64,000 nt of DNA from Octopus vulgaris (GCA_951406725.2 OX597819.1:78616001-78680000), one strand, 5' to 3'; numbered from the stretch's first letter, positions 31,126-43,849 are shown. Notes: a model not told the origin generated them from the sequence alone. Program-made: numbers and translations.

Positions 31126-32537
31126 ATGCACCTTGTCTGAATATATTATGCAAATCGCTTTGTTTTAATGAAATGAATGTACATGTACATAGGAAGCTGA
31201 AACTTAAGGATGTTGGTACAAATGCTTTTTCTTAATTGTGACATACGTCCGATCTGTTTCTAGTAAGTAATTGAAAATTTACTGAAATTGACTGTCTGAA
31301 ATTATGATGCAAATGCTGCAATTCATATGTTTACAGTGTTATATATATACATATGTATATATATATATATATATATATACAGGTCATAATATACATCATG
31401 GTATATATATATAGAATGATATTAGAGCGTCTGAAATGCAGGAATTAAGTAATCTTTTAAGTGATGGCATGACCGCTTTGAACATTTCGATGCAGCTTGG
31501 CCGAGATCATCGAGCAATCAAGAAAACAAGTGAAGATATAACAAAGAACAGGAAACCAAGGTCTGGAAAGGGGTTCAAGAACTTGTCTACGAGAGATAAA
31601 CGTCAACTGAAACGCATTATCGCTAAAAAACCACTGCTCAGAAATGATATGGCTGGGATTGTTGGAGTAAAGAGAGACAGGCGTAGAGTCCTTCGTGTCA
31701 TTGGCTCTGTGTAAAATTCTCCTCGCCAGCCTCCTGTATCTCCAACTAATACTGATAAACGTCTAAAGTGGGCAAGAAAGTACCTACAAAAAGGTTTCAG
31801 AAACGTTATATTCTCTGACGAATCGCGCGTAACATTAGATGGTCCAGACAGATGGGCTAAAGGATGGGTTCTGTCAGGCCAAGATGGTCCTATGGCGAGA
31901 AGGCGGCTGCAAGGAGGTGGTGGTGTAATGATACTGGCTTCTCTTGTTAATAGAACCATCATTGGACCATTTAAAGTCGTCGAATGTGTAAACCTCAACA
32001 GTACTACTTGTGAATTCTTGGTTCAAACTTTCTGTGAATGATACGAGCGTTAGCCTCACAGTTTCAAGATAAAGTGTATGATTTGCATGACAATGCTCCA
32101 CCACATGCTTCTCGCCTAACTCGTGAGTTTCTTGAACGCAAACGATTTGCTGAAGACAAAATAATGGACTGGCCACCGTCAAGCCCTGACTTGAACCCAA
32201 TAGAAAACCTCTGGTCAGTCGTTAAACAAAAAATCTATGAAGGAGTCAAACACTACAACAGTGAGGTAGAACAGTAGGATGCCATACAAAGTATTACAGT
32301 TGCAGTTTCGCCAGACGAAATTGGAAAACTAACAAATTCGATGGACAACAGACAGATTCGTAACGGTGATTAGAAAGAAAGGTAGTCATATCATCATGTA
32401 AATTGTTTCACGTGTATATTAAAAACATCGTCCTTTGAATTAGTAAAAAATTCATGATGGGTTCATATATTTTAACTGTCCTCATACGCAGAGCAAATAC
32501 CAATATCCAACACTTGCATAATAACTTCAGACAGCCA

Positions 32538-32543
<6 letters not shown>
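31126..32543 (+). mobile_element. Decayed Tc1-like transposon with DD37E catalytic spacing (TRT-like)
   Basis: Broken transposase ~31436-32360: RLKWARKY...VIFSDESRVTLDGPD...QGGGGVM...HDNAPPH-...-WPPSSPDLNPIENLW; 37 residues between second D and E. Inverted repeat 31283-31316 vs 32508-32543; a related motif at ~31127-31156 may be the outer left end. Confidence 0.88.
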
Positions 32544-32572
<29 letters not shown>

Positions 32573-32604
32573 ATATACACATACGTATATATACACATAG
32601 AAAA

Positions 32605-32701
<97 letters not shown>

Positions 32702-33550
32702 CACAGAATATACACACACACAGTAAGTCCGTGCTCCAGCTTGGCCATAGTGACATGCCTGAAAAGAAATATATATATATAGTAGTAGTAGTAATGGTGA
32801 TGGTGGCGCGGGGGTGTCAGAGCCGGGGGGGGCTGGAATAGTGGTACTTTGTCTACCCTGAAAGAATGAATTACAAAATTGACCTCGGTTGGATATAATT
32901 CAGAGGTCAGAGGTCAGACTACCGCAAGCCATTCTTTTCTCTCTAAACGATTCTGCCAACTCACATTTCTCCCTCCCTCTTCTGTCTATCTCTTTCTCTC
33001 TCTCTCAATATATATGTTAACTTTACCCACACTGCATAATTATTTTCAATTAGCTTCTTGATACTTCCTACATTATTATATACGTTAACATCAAATACAA
33101 CGAGATATAAACATTGTCACTACATGAGACTACTAACGTTTAAATTACACACACACACACAAACTCCACCCCAGATTCACACATAGGTGTGTGTCCCTGT
33201 GTGTGTGTGTGTGTGTAGCTCACGTGCACACTCCATCAAATGTTAACTGCATTCTTAAACAGCATAAATAGGAAGAAACGAATTTATAGAAAACAGAAAT
33301 ATGTACAAATGCACACACACACACACAAACACACACAGGTATAAAAAATATGTAGAAATAACATTAACGTCACCGACAACAGCAACATAATATATACATA
33401 TATGTAGCTTTTCATATATGTGTGTACATATATATATATATATACGTACATATACATACATATACGTACATATACATACATATATGTACATATACATACA
33501 TATATGTACATATACATACATATATGTACAAACATATATATATATATATA

Positions 33551-33710
33551 GGACGAGCTTCTTTCAGTTTCCATCTACCAAACCCACTCACAAGGCTTTG
33601 GTTGGCCCGAGGCTATAGTAGAAGACACATGCCTAAGGTGCCACGCAGTGGGACTGAAGCCGGAACCATGTGGTTAATAACCAAGCTACTTACACACCCA
33701 CTCCTGCGCC
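33551..33710 (-). mobile_element. SINE family B, 5' half
   Basis: Matches 19285-19448; abuts (TA)n. Confidence 0.85.
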
Positions 33711-33712
33711 TT

Positions 33713-33763
<51 letters not shown>

Positions 33764-33787
33764 CTAAATATATATACACATTTACAC

Positions 33788-33828
<41 letters not shown>

Positions 33829-34105
33829 TATACTACACACGCGCGCACATATTATGTAAAAGATATAGTCGAACAGGCACACACATATACATGCATATAC
33901 ACGAGTCTGTCTTTCATTCATCTATGCCATCAATACAACATTATCTAATGAACAATAGAAACAATGAAATCCCAACAGGTAACCGAAAATGTCGACTACG
34001 TTAAATTTCCATGCAAGGCATTACGCATGCATTCAAAAAATTGCCAAAAACGTCTTCTAGGTACTATTCCCCATTATGTTACGTTGTTCTTTCTAAAACC
34101 ATATA

Positions 34106-34614
34106 CCGTAAATCCTCGAGTATAGTCCGCCCTTGAGTATAATACGCAGGGGATTTTTAGGGGGGCTGTACCTCTGAAAAACCTAAACCTTGTGTATAAT
34201 ACGCACCCTTTCTCTAACATGAGTCAAGGAGGCCTATATAGCGTCCTTGGTTTGTAAAAATGTATACGGTAATGTCCTTTATTATTATTGTATATATAAC
34301 AATGCAGACGTGTAGCTTTTTGTGCATTTTGCTTGCAGAAAATAAAGAAATAACAGTAATAACGTTTAATAAATGTTGCTTACTGCAAGTTATGAATGAT
34401 TCTTGTATGATTGCATTACTTTCAAGCTTAGCTTAAGGTATTTTCGCACCGACATCACAAAATGCGTCTGAATAAACATTGCCGGACAGCAAATAGAGAC
34501 TCGGACATTGCTTGGAAAATAATTTTCATTTTTAACCTCGTATATAGTACGCACTAGGGATTTTGACCTTTAAATTTTGGGGAAAAAATGCGGATTATAC
34601 TCGAGGATTTACGG
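34106..34614. mobile_element. Non-autonomous Tc2/pogo-type DNA transposon, 509 bp
   Basis: 25-bp TIRs CCGTAAATCCTCGAGTATA(G/A)TCCGC, TA on both sides, subterminal GTATAATACGCA repeats, no ORF. Confidence 0.9.
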
Positions 34615-35072
34615 TATATTGCCGTGAGTTGCAGAGAATGCCCGGGACTAAATGTAAATTATCCCTCTCTTGTATAATACATTCCTTACACAAGGAATAC
34701 CTGGAGAGCATTCGCGTCAAATGTAAACATGGCAAGTAGAACTGTCTGGGACAAGAAACAAAAATAGTAATAAGCCAGCAACAGTCAAAGAGGTCATCGA
34801 CCTTGCAGATGTGAATACTTCTTCCAAAATCAGAGAGAAGAAGAATATTCAAGAACAGCGGTTTCAAGTTCATTAATTTCTCAATATTGGCTATAAATTC
34901 ACATTCACAATGATAATTGTTGGTGTTTTGACCATGTTAGTAAATGCTTCATTGATAATCACGGGAAGTTAGGATTTTCAGCAAAGAAAGTAACCAGCTA
35001 ACACGTATTTTTTACGGATAAAATCTATAAGCGTGACAGTTAAGTCATGCAAGACTTTTACAAAGTTCAAGA

Positions 35073-35583
35073 TCTAACTCTAAACGTAACGGCAGACGAA
35101 ATACCTATTTCTTTACTACCCACAAGGGGTTAAACACAGAGAGGATAAACAAGGACAGACAAAGGGATTAAGTCGATTATATCGACCCAGTGTGTAACTG
35201 GTACTTATTTAATTGACTCCGAAAAGATGAAAGGCAAAGTCGACCTCGGCGGAATTTGAACTCAGAACGTAACGACAGACGAAATACCTGTTTCTTTACT
35301 ACCCAGAAGGGGCTAAACAAGGACAGACAAAGGGATTAAGTCGATTATATCTGTTTCTTTATTGCCCAGAAGGGGCTAAACATAGAGGGGACAAACAAGG
35401 ACAGACAAACGGATTAAGTCGATTACATTGACCCCAGTGCGTAACTGGTACTTATTTAATCGACCCCGAAAGGATGAAAGGCAAAGTCGACCTCAGCGGA
35501 ATTTGAACTCAGAACGTAACGGCAGACGAAATACGGCTACGCATTTCGCCCGGTGTGCTAACGTTTCTGCCAGCTCGCCGCCT
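35073..35583 (-). mobile_element. Head-to-tail concatemer of SINE family A (one full copy plus three partial units)
   Basis: Full copy 35351-35583; short tail unit 35288-35350; headless unit 35105-35287; stub 35073-35104. Confidence 0.9.
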
Positions 35584-35599
35584 CAAATGTAGTAGTAGT

Positions 35600-35630
<31 letters not shown>

Positions 35631-35845
35631 TCAACAACGTGAATTGAATGAATGGCATGAGATGAAAATATAAACATAGTAAGCAAAAAATAGAAAAAAA
35701 TCCTGTTCCACAGAGTAAATATAAGGAGAAAGAAAATAAAACGCATACAGAAGGAATAAAAAAAATAAAAACAATCGCAATGAGATATAAATAGAGAAAG
35801 TGAGAAAACTACTGAAGTGGTTGACAAAGAGGGTAAATAATGATA

Positions 35846-36083
<238 letters not shown>

Positions 36084-36503
36084 GGGAGTGAGAGAGAGAG
36101 GGGGGGTATTGCAAAAAGAGAAAGAGAGGGAGAATGAGGCGGGAAGAGCGCGGAGAGTAAAGGAGTGGAAAGTACTGGAAGAAAATATACTGAGAATTTG
36201 CTTGATCAGATCAACTGTTTGATGATTATTGGTCTGTTCTGATCGATCAGGCCTGCAAGTCAAAGTTATTCCAGCTGGGCTCATTCATTATTGTAGGAGT
36301 GTGTAGGGTAGGAGATTTGGCTGGTATTTCTAGCACAACCGAGCAATCGCGTCGTTCGTTGACTGGGAGGTTAAATAAAGAAAACTGAATATTTAAAACC
36401 AACAAAGTACGTGGTGAAAATGTAGAAAACGTTTTGGAAAGCGTAAAAGTGAGCAGAAAGTATGAAGAACATGAGTGTATGTGCTTTTGTACTCGTATCA
36501 ATG

Positions 36504-36571
<68 letters not shown>

Positions 36572-36723
36572 TGTGTGAGTGTGTGTGTGTGAGTGTGTGT
36601 GTGAGTGTGTGCATGTGGACGCGACCGCGCATATTTCATATTCCAAGTGTTTTAGGTAACATAGGAAGAGCCATGCTTCCGGTCATACTCAGCTTCAAAC
36701 TAGTGTTACAGTTAGGCTGTATA

Positions 36724-36864
36724 CAGGGCCAGCTCAAGGTACCGACAACTGGGGCAGTCGCCAAAGAAGGCGTGACAAAGACAAAGGGAATCTCCACGAC
36801 TGTCAGCTTGTACACGTCGATGTTCAGCTTGCCCGGGGCGCCAGCAACCTTAGGGCCGGCCCTG
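36724..36864. mobile_element. hAT-type MITE, 141 bp
   Basis: TIRs CAGGGCCAGCTCAAGG / CCTTAGGGCCGGCCCTG and perfect 8-bp TSD GCTGTATA (36716-36723, 36865-36872). Confidence 0.9.
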
Positions 36865-36944
36865 GCTGTATACATACTGTTTCTATATACAATCTACTCG
36901 TGATTCCCAAATTATATCTTAGGTTTGTAATATTCTGCAATCCT

Positions 36945-37153
36945 AAGGCGGCGAGCTAGCAGAATCGTTACTTTGCCAGATAATATGCTAAGCAGCATTT
37001 CTTCCGACTTCATATTCTGAGTTCAAATACCGCCGGGGTAGACTGTCTTTTATCCTTTCAAGGTCGATAAAATAAGTACCAGTTGAGCACTGAGTCGGTG
37101 TAATCGAGTCATCCCGTCCCATGAAATTGCTGGCCTTGTGCTAAAATTTGAAA
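36945..37153 (+). mobile_element. SINE family A variant (A2: same head and core, different tail AAATTGCTGGCCTTGTGC..AAATTTGAAA)
   Basis: Head and core match family A; same alternative tail at ~14075, 49070, 59000. Confidence 0.8.
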
Positions 37154-38205
37154 GGAATATTTTTGCAGTCCTTAAAATACAAAATAGTACTGAGTGAAAG
37201 ATGTGCATCAAACGTTTATTTGAAATTAAACATTCTTTTGGGCACATAACCTCCGAATTCCACGCACAAGAAGAACTCAAGGTCCCTATTCCACCAAATG
37301 ATTTGTTCATATCTGCGGTACAGCAATTTAGTGTGTGTGGGGTGGTGGTGGTGAATTAAAACTTATAACACGCAGACAAACTCAACCAACTCCAATAATT
37401 TGGCTGAGTTTATCCAGCATCCAGCAATGCAACTTTTACAACGGAATGAGACTATTTGGCGTGGTTGTTTGGGTGCTGACGATTTGACACGGCTGATTAT
37501 ATATTCAACCTGATTTTGGCGAGAGTACATTCTGGAGCTGAATGTAAACACAAACGCGCATGCGCGTGGATGAAATTTACACATACAAATAGAGTGAGTG
37601 AAGGTGGGAGAGGGAGACATTATAATTTAATTGAACACGATTGGCATAAACATTTTTCCTCTTCCTTGAACACAAAACGAAATATGCTCACACACATAGA
37701 GAGAGAGGGGCGAGGGAGCGATAGATAGATAGTGAGACAGAGAGAGAGAGAGAAACATGAAAATGTCTGATGTCAAACAAGTCAGCGTCGAATCAGCGAT
37801 ACCAAAACGGCAGTGTCTAATCCTCTCATATCCATATCCCAATCGCAAAGAATGCCTACGTGCAACACACAGCCCCTAAGCTCTCATGCCTCCCAAAATG
37901 CGATCTATCCCTTTGATCATTACCCAAAATGATCTCTAAAACGTCACCTTTTTTAACCATGCTGTAATATGAAATGTTGAGATGTGTGATGATAGTGCAG
38001 GATCAAATGATCTGATTCTCAAATGTCTTGCTATAATTGGTAGGCTGGTCTGCAATAAACTGGTGACATTGAAATCTAATATTGGAATTTAACTGCTAAA
38101 ATCTCCTTCATCAGTCGATCGATAGTGGAAAGATGATCGATTTACTGTCCACCAAGGTCAATGGATGCAGCGGAACCAGGCACCTGAGCATCCATTGACC
38201 CGGAA

Positions 38206-38745
38206 GCGAAATTTTTTCCCACAAGTGTTCCGGACCCCAGTTATGAACTGATTTGCATACAGCTAACCAAAGCTCAACTATCAAACTAATTTATGAGCGC
38301 ATAACAAGTGATGGGCGATAAGATAAGGTCACTTGGGTAAGGAATGACCATGCTTTTTTTAATCTTTTTTAAGAATGGTTGTTGTTCTTGTTTCAACCAT
38401 GGCTTCCTCTGCGTAGTTATTTGCGTTGTTGTTTACTTTGTAAAACAGTAAGGGGAGAGGGTTACTAGCACAACACCTTCTACCCACATTTTTCCGTCCG
38501 CATCTTTACCATATGGAGCCCTAACAAAATCCGATAACAGGTATAGATGCAAATCTATCTAATTAGTCTCCTTCTAAAATCAGGCATAACTTGGTGATCG
38601 GTCGACTTACAGCACTGTTCTTCGTCTTGAGTTTACTTGGTAGAGTATGTTTGTTAACTTGACATGGTCAAGGTGAGCTTTGATTGGCTATATGCAAATG
38701 AGTTCATTACTGGGATCCGGAACTCTCGTGGGAAAAAAAATTCGC
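38206..38745. mobile_element. Putative MITE/foldback element with ~72-bp imperfect inverted repeats
   Basis: 38206-38277 is the diverged inverse of 38674-38745 (GCGAAATTTTTTCCCAC...TTCCGGA.CCCAGT.ATGAACT.ATTTGCATA.AGC.AA.CAAAGCTCA). Confidence 0.65.
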
Positions 38746-38909
38746 GACCCGGAAGGAACTCTAGAGCTCCGACCAGAGAAAATCGCCTTTCTTCTCTCAT
38801 GCTGTCACTGACCTCTTGTCAACCACCGAACAATTTTAAAATATAGGGCAAAAAAATAATAAAAAATATCATTCTGCAAGCAGTGCGGTTCAATTCGTTG
38901 CACTCTGAA

Positions 38910-39640
38910 CTACATTTTGCACTTGTACTGAAGAGATACATTAAATTGGACATGACAAAGCAGCTCTTCAGCATGACGTAGACTGAAGGTGTGCAGGCCT
39001 GTTAGTCACTCAATCATTATTGTCGTTTCTCTCCCTTTTAAAGAGATATGACGACTAATGCCATAGACTGAGATAGGAGACCCAAGGATTTCTAGATTTT
39101 CGTATGGCATCATGTGGATATCGGCCAATAATTCATGGAGGCAACTTTTGATTTCATCGCTGTTTCTTGTGCCAGTCATGAAGACCAGCTCGGATTTGCG
39201 CAGGCTTACTTCTAAGCCGCGTTTGGATAGTACTGGGAGAACTAGGATCAAATGTTCAGCAACAATAGCCGGTGGTCCGCTGATATTACCAACATCTAAG
39301 TATCAAATATGGAGAGATGCTTTGCTTTAAACTACCATATTGTTACCTAAAGTGAAAGCTGGTGGTCTAAACCGAGACCCTTTTTGAACCTCAGTAAGCG
39401 AGAATATAAGGTAGTCGCCACAAATGAAAGAAATCGGGAAGTGTACGCTTGTTTTTAACATAGCTTATATTTCTGGGGTTTAGGTACTGGCATGGCGGTG
39501 TGGTTAAGAAGCTCTCTTTACAAACATGTGGTTTCGGGTTCAGTCCCACGACGCGGTACCTGAGGCAAGTGCTTTATAATATAACCCCAGGACGACCAGA
39601 GTTTTTGTGATTGAGTAAAGGAAAACTGAAAGAAGATTGT

Positions 39641-39694
<54 letters not shown>

Positions 39695-40290
39695 TGTGTA
39701 CCCCTGTCTTGTTCGCTTCCAGTTTTTTTTGTAGACAGAGAGAAATATTACCTTACTTGCAGACAAGTAAGGTTTGGCGACAGGAAGGGAGAGCATCGGT
39801 CATAGGAAATCTGTCTGAACAGATTCTGTCTGATCCATGCAAGCACGGAGAAATGAACGTTACATGATGATGATGACCGTGTTGGATAGAATGCAGGAAT
39901 ATTAGCAACAAGTAACAGGTTCAAAAAATTTAGCACTTGACTCATCTTGGCTGCAGACCATATGACGTGGACTGATATTATCAGGGTCATAGGAAGACTT
40001 TAAAGTTCATGGAGCTCAGGATATTGAGGTCAACGGTGTTGGTCACGCATGGGCTTTAAAGTAAGGAGTTAATGCAATAAAACTGTCGGATTGTATACGG
40101 CTGCTTTCTTCAGTAATTCGCCGCGGGCTTTAATTGGAGAAGCCAGTGTATCTTCAGTTCTGAAGTTATTCGTCTCACGGACTCCTTTGATGTGGGAGTC
40201 AACCAGCTTGGCGTCTACTTTTCTTTCGTCACCTGTACAGATCGGACCGCGTTCTGAGTCTGTTGGTAAAACCGTACTGTCGTAATTACT
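38910..40290 (-). pseudogene. Highly decayed CRE/NeSL-like non-LTR reverse transcriptase remnant, interrupted by a SINE
   Basis: Colinear minus-strand peptides RKVDAKLVDSHIKGV..TEDTLA; LNFLNLLLVANIP; I*YLDVGNISGP (YLDD box); GLEVSLRKSEL; LEILGSPI; MLKSCFVMSNLMYL. Family assignment from recalled motifs. Confidence 0.6.
39487..39876 (+). mobile_element. SINE with family-B head and a different tail ending (TGA)n
   Basis: GGGTTCAGTCCCAC...GGCAAGTG head, internal (GT)n, then GGCGACAGGAAGGG...CCATGCAAGCACGGAGAAATGAACGTTACATGATGATGATGA. Confidence 0.7.
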
Positions 40291-40904
40291 AATTTAGAGT
40301 TCGATATCTATAATAATGATAAACGCAAAATGTTGTCTGTCCGTTCGTCCGGGACCCTTGTATCTCAATCTACATTTGCTCTACATACACATATTATACC
40401 ATTTTGGAGTCAGGATGATCCCGGGATTGAAAAGCTGCCCTTCAATTTTATTCTTGAAGATCCAGTATTGGGATCAGAATCTAGATGAGGATTTGTTATA
40501 GGCTAACAGTTGAAAATTCAAATTTTAAAAGAACTCTAAAAATTTATGAACTCACAAGTTTTTCATTTAAACTGAATTTAAAGTAATACAATATTGGTGG
40601 GGTAATACGATATTTGTAGGGTGCCAATAAATGCTTTATAATTATCGTTTTCTTTAGTTTGGGGCCGCAGGTACAATTAGTCCTCCACAGGAACTAGCTT
40701 AAAGTTTTACACGGAATGCAGCTTTTAAGCTAGTTTCACATAAAATTGTTATTTCCAGTGTCCTGGTCGGGTTGTAGGACCAAGCAGGCAAGTTTGCATT
40801 AATATCACTGTTTCTCAAACATTCCTTAACCTATGGGCCCCTTTCATTCCTATTTTACTCGTATGGACCTAATGGCCATTCCATGTTTTAAAAACTCCTA
40901 TTCA

Positions 40905-41297
40905 TTTACGAGTTTCAGTCATTTCACTGCGGCCATGCTGGAGCACCACCTTGATGGGTTGTTTAGTCGAAGAAATCAGTCCAGGAGTTATTCTTTGCAA
41001 GCCTAGTACTTATTCTTTCGGTCCCTTTTGCCGAGCCGCTAAGTTACAGAAACGTAAACATACCACTATCGGTTGTCAAGCGAAGGTGAGAGTGGGAGAA
41101 CAAACACAGACACAAACACACACACACATATGTATATACATGACGGGCTTCTTTCAGTTTCCATCTACCAAATCCATTCACAAGGCTCTGGTCGGCCTGA
41201 AGCTATAGCAGAAGGCACTTGTCCAATGTGTCATGTAGTAGGACTGAACCCAGAACCATGAGGTTGGGAAGCAAGCTTTCTTACCACACAGCCACGC
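40905..41297 (-). mobile_element. SINE family B, near full length
   Basis: Colinear with 19036-19448. Confidence 0.88.
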
Positions 41298-41320
41298 TTA
41301 ATTATATTTTTATGATTAAA

Positions 41321-41508
41321 ATGTCTGTGCGTCTGTGTTTGTCCCTCCAACATCGCTTGACAACCGATACTGGTATGTTTACGTCCCCGTAACTTAGCGG
41401 CTCGGCAAAAGATACCGATAGAATAAGTCCTGGGGTCGATTTGCTCGACTAAAAGGCGGTGTTACAGCATGGCCACAGTAAAATGACTGAAGCAAGTAAA
41501 AGAGTAAA
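41321..41508 (+). mobile_element. SINE family B, 3' half
   Basis: Begins at internal microsatellite position, ends GTAAAAGAGTAAA. Confidence 0.85.
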
Positions 41509-41721
41509 TATTATTAGGAATTTAAAAAAAAATAAAAATATTTTGTTCATTGTAGCACGATAATTAGTTTATTGCACATAATTTTTAACACAAAATCTTA
41601 TATGGATTCCCAAGAGCAAAATGGGCCCTGGTTGGGAACCACTGATCTATTCAAACAAATATACCAAAACACAGTGTGTGTGTGTGTGTGTGGTAACCAA
41701 GTCTTTCTACACCAAATATTC

Positions 41722-41927
41722 TGTGTGTGTGTGTGTGTGTGTGTTTGTCCCTACCGTCATCGCATGGCAGTTGATGCTGGTGTGTTTACGTCTCCGTAAC
41801 CTAGCAGTTCGGCAAAAGAGACTAATAGGATAGGTTCTGGGGTGGCTTTCTTTGACTAAATACCCTTTAAGGCGGTGCTCCAGCATGGCCGCAGTCAAAT
41901 GACTGAAACAAGTAAAAGAGTAAAAGA
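41722..41927 (+). mobile_element. SINE family B, 3' half
   Basis: (GT)n then body and intact tail ...AAGTAAAAGAGTAAAAGA. Confidence 0.87.
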
Positions 41928-43268
41928 ATGGCTATCTGTCTCTTGTGCCTAATAAGTGTTTCGAGGGTTCGGGAGTTCATTAAAAAGATTACATCAGCGG
42001 AGACTGACTTTAATTTAAATACTATTAACAACACTCAACAAGTAGGAAGCATTTGGGCCTGCCTCCAGCGAAAAATAAATAATAAACAGTGCTGTGGTCA
42101 TTTTATATTTTGGACGTTATAGCGGAGCTTAAGGAAAATTTGGCTGCTATTTCTAGCAGATCGAGAGACCACGTAAAGCCATCGTGTGTGCTGATCTCCA
42201 TGGCAAGACAAAATGTCAACAATCTAGGAACACTGATTAGTTAAAACTACACAGCTTGAAGTGCTTTTAACTTTATTATTAACTTCTAGGAAAGGAAAAA
42301 ATAAACGGATGCGATTTACGTCATCAGCATGCAAAACTATATCAAATCTACATTTAAAAAAAAAATAATCTGGTGAAAATTTGAAAAACTTCAACTGGTT
42401 GGAAGAAATTGAACAAGACCCCCAACACTCTCTGTGTTGTAATAAATCGGATGTTAAAATTTAGTCATAGTCCCGACTACCTGTTAAGTCGCAGTGCACT
42501 CTCAACAATTAACTATATCGCTTAAATGAAAAGACCATACAGCGTAGATTTGTGTGTGTGTGTGTGTGCGTTTGCGTATGTGTTTGCATGCATGCATACA
42601 AACGCATACATACAGCCACACACACACTAACGCATGCACGCACACACACATGTACACACACACACACACATTCATATACACGGACATACAGACATATTCG
42701 CATACAAACATTTGTGCCAAGGCATATCATACACTGCCGCACAGAAAGCTATGCATGTTATCAGTAAGTCGCCTATTATATAATACTATGTATTTTGAGA
42801 TACAATGTCTGCTGACAAATATCTGAAGACATGTACCATTTGTCTAAGTGTCACCCGACCCCTCTCCCGTACCCGCCTCGCGTATTTTAGGCAAGATATT
42901 GTATATCCTTTGCCACGAAGTGGGTGAAATGGAGGTAGTGCAACAGAAGTGAGGAAACGGCTGAAAGGGAATCAGATAAATAGTGCTGACGGCTGTGTAG
43001 AGACAGAAGAATTAGGATGATGTGAATGGCAGACAAATAATGAGAGAGAAGGGAGGAGGGTGTAGGAGAGCGCGCGGTTGGGGAAAACGAGCGAAACAGA
43101 CGATAGATAGATAGATAGATAGTGTGTCTAGGCAGACGAGAGAATCAGCGAGAGAAAGTGAGAGAGAAGGGGAGAGAGAGGGAAGGAAGGAAGGAAGGAA
43201 AAGTTAAAGAGAGAATAATTGAGTCTTACGAACAAGAGAACTGGAGAAAGAAAGGGAGAACTGTTTGT

Positions 43269-43312
<44 letters not shown>

Positions 43313-43639
43313 GGAGAGAGAGAGAGGATGAAAAATTGTCTAAGAAAGCAGAAGGTAAGAGGCGGGGTGGAGAGAAGGTGAGAAGGGAGTGACTGGTAGA
43401 CGAGACGAGAGACAAATTAATTGAGATAGACGTGAGAGAGAAATAGTTAAATGAATGAGGAATTTGAGTGTCAGATGGTGAGAGAGAGAGAGAGAGAGAG
43501 AGAATGAGAAATTGATTGAGACAAGAGGGAGGGAAATGATTTAGTGAAGCAGACGAACGAGTGAATGAGTGAGAAATTGATTGAGACACCAGCGAGGGAT
43601 AAATAAACTGAAAAAGACGAGATAGATACTTAGAAAGAG

Positions 43640-43808
43640 AGATTGAGAGATAGCATGGATAGAATAGATTGATATATGAATATATAAGGAGGAGTGGATA
43701 GATAGAAAGATGAATATATAGAGAAGGAGAGTGAATAGATAGATAGATGAATATATAGAGAAGGAGAGTGAATAGATAGATAGATGAATATATAGAGAAG
43801 GAGAGTGA

Positions 43809-43849
<41 letters not shown>

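Noticed and set aside
35073-35583. Repeat-spacer appearance resembling a CRISPR array
   Set aside because: Units are SINE fragments with no unique spacers; eukaryotic context; no cas genes.
35589-35638. (GTA)n(GCA)n(ACA)n as a poly-Q/poly-A coding exon
   Set aside because: No splice signals or flanking coding sequence; abuts a SINE.
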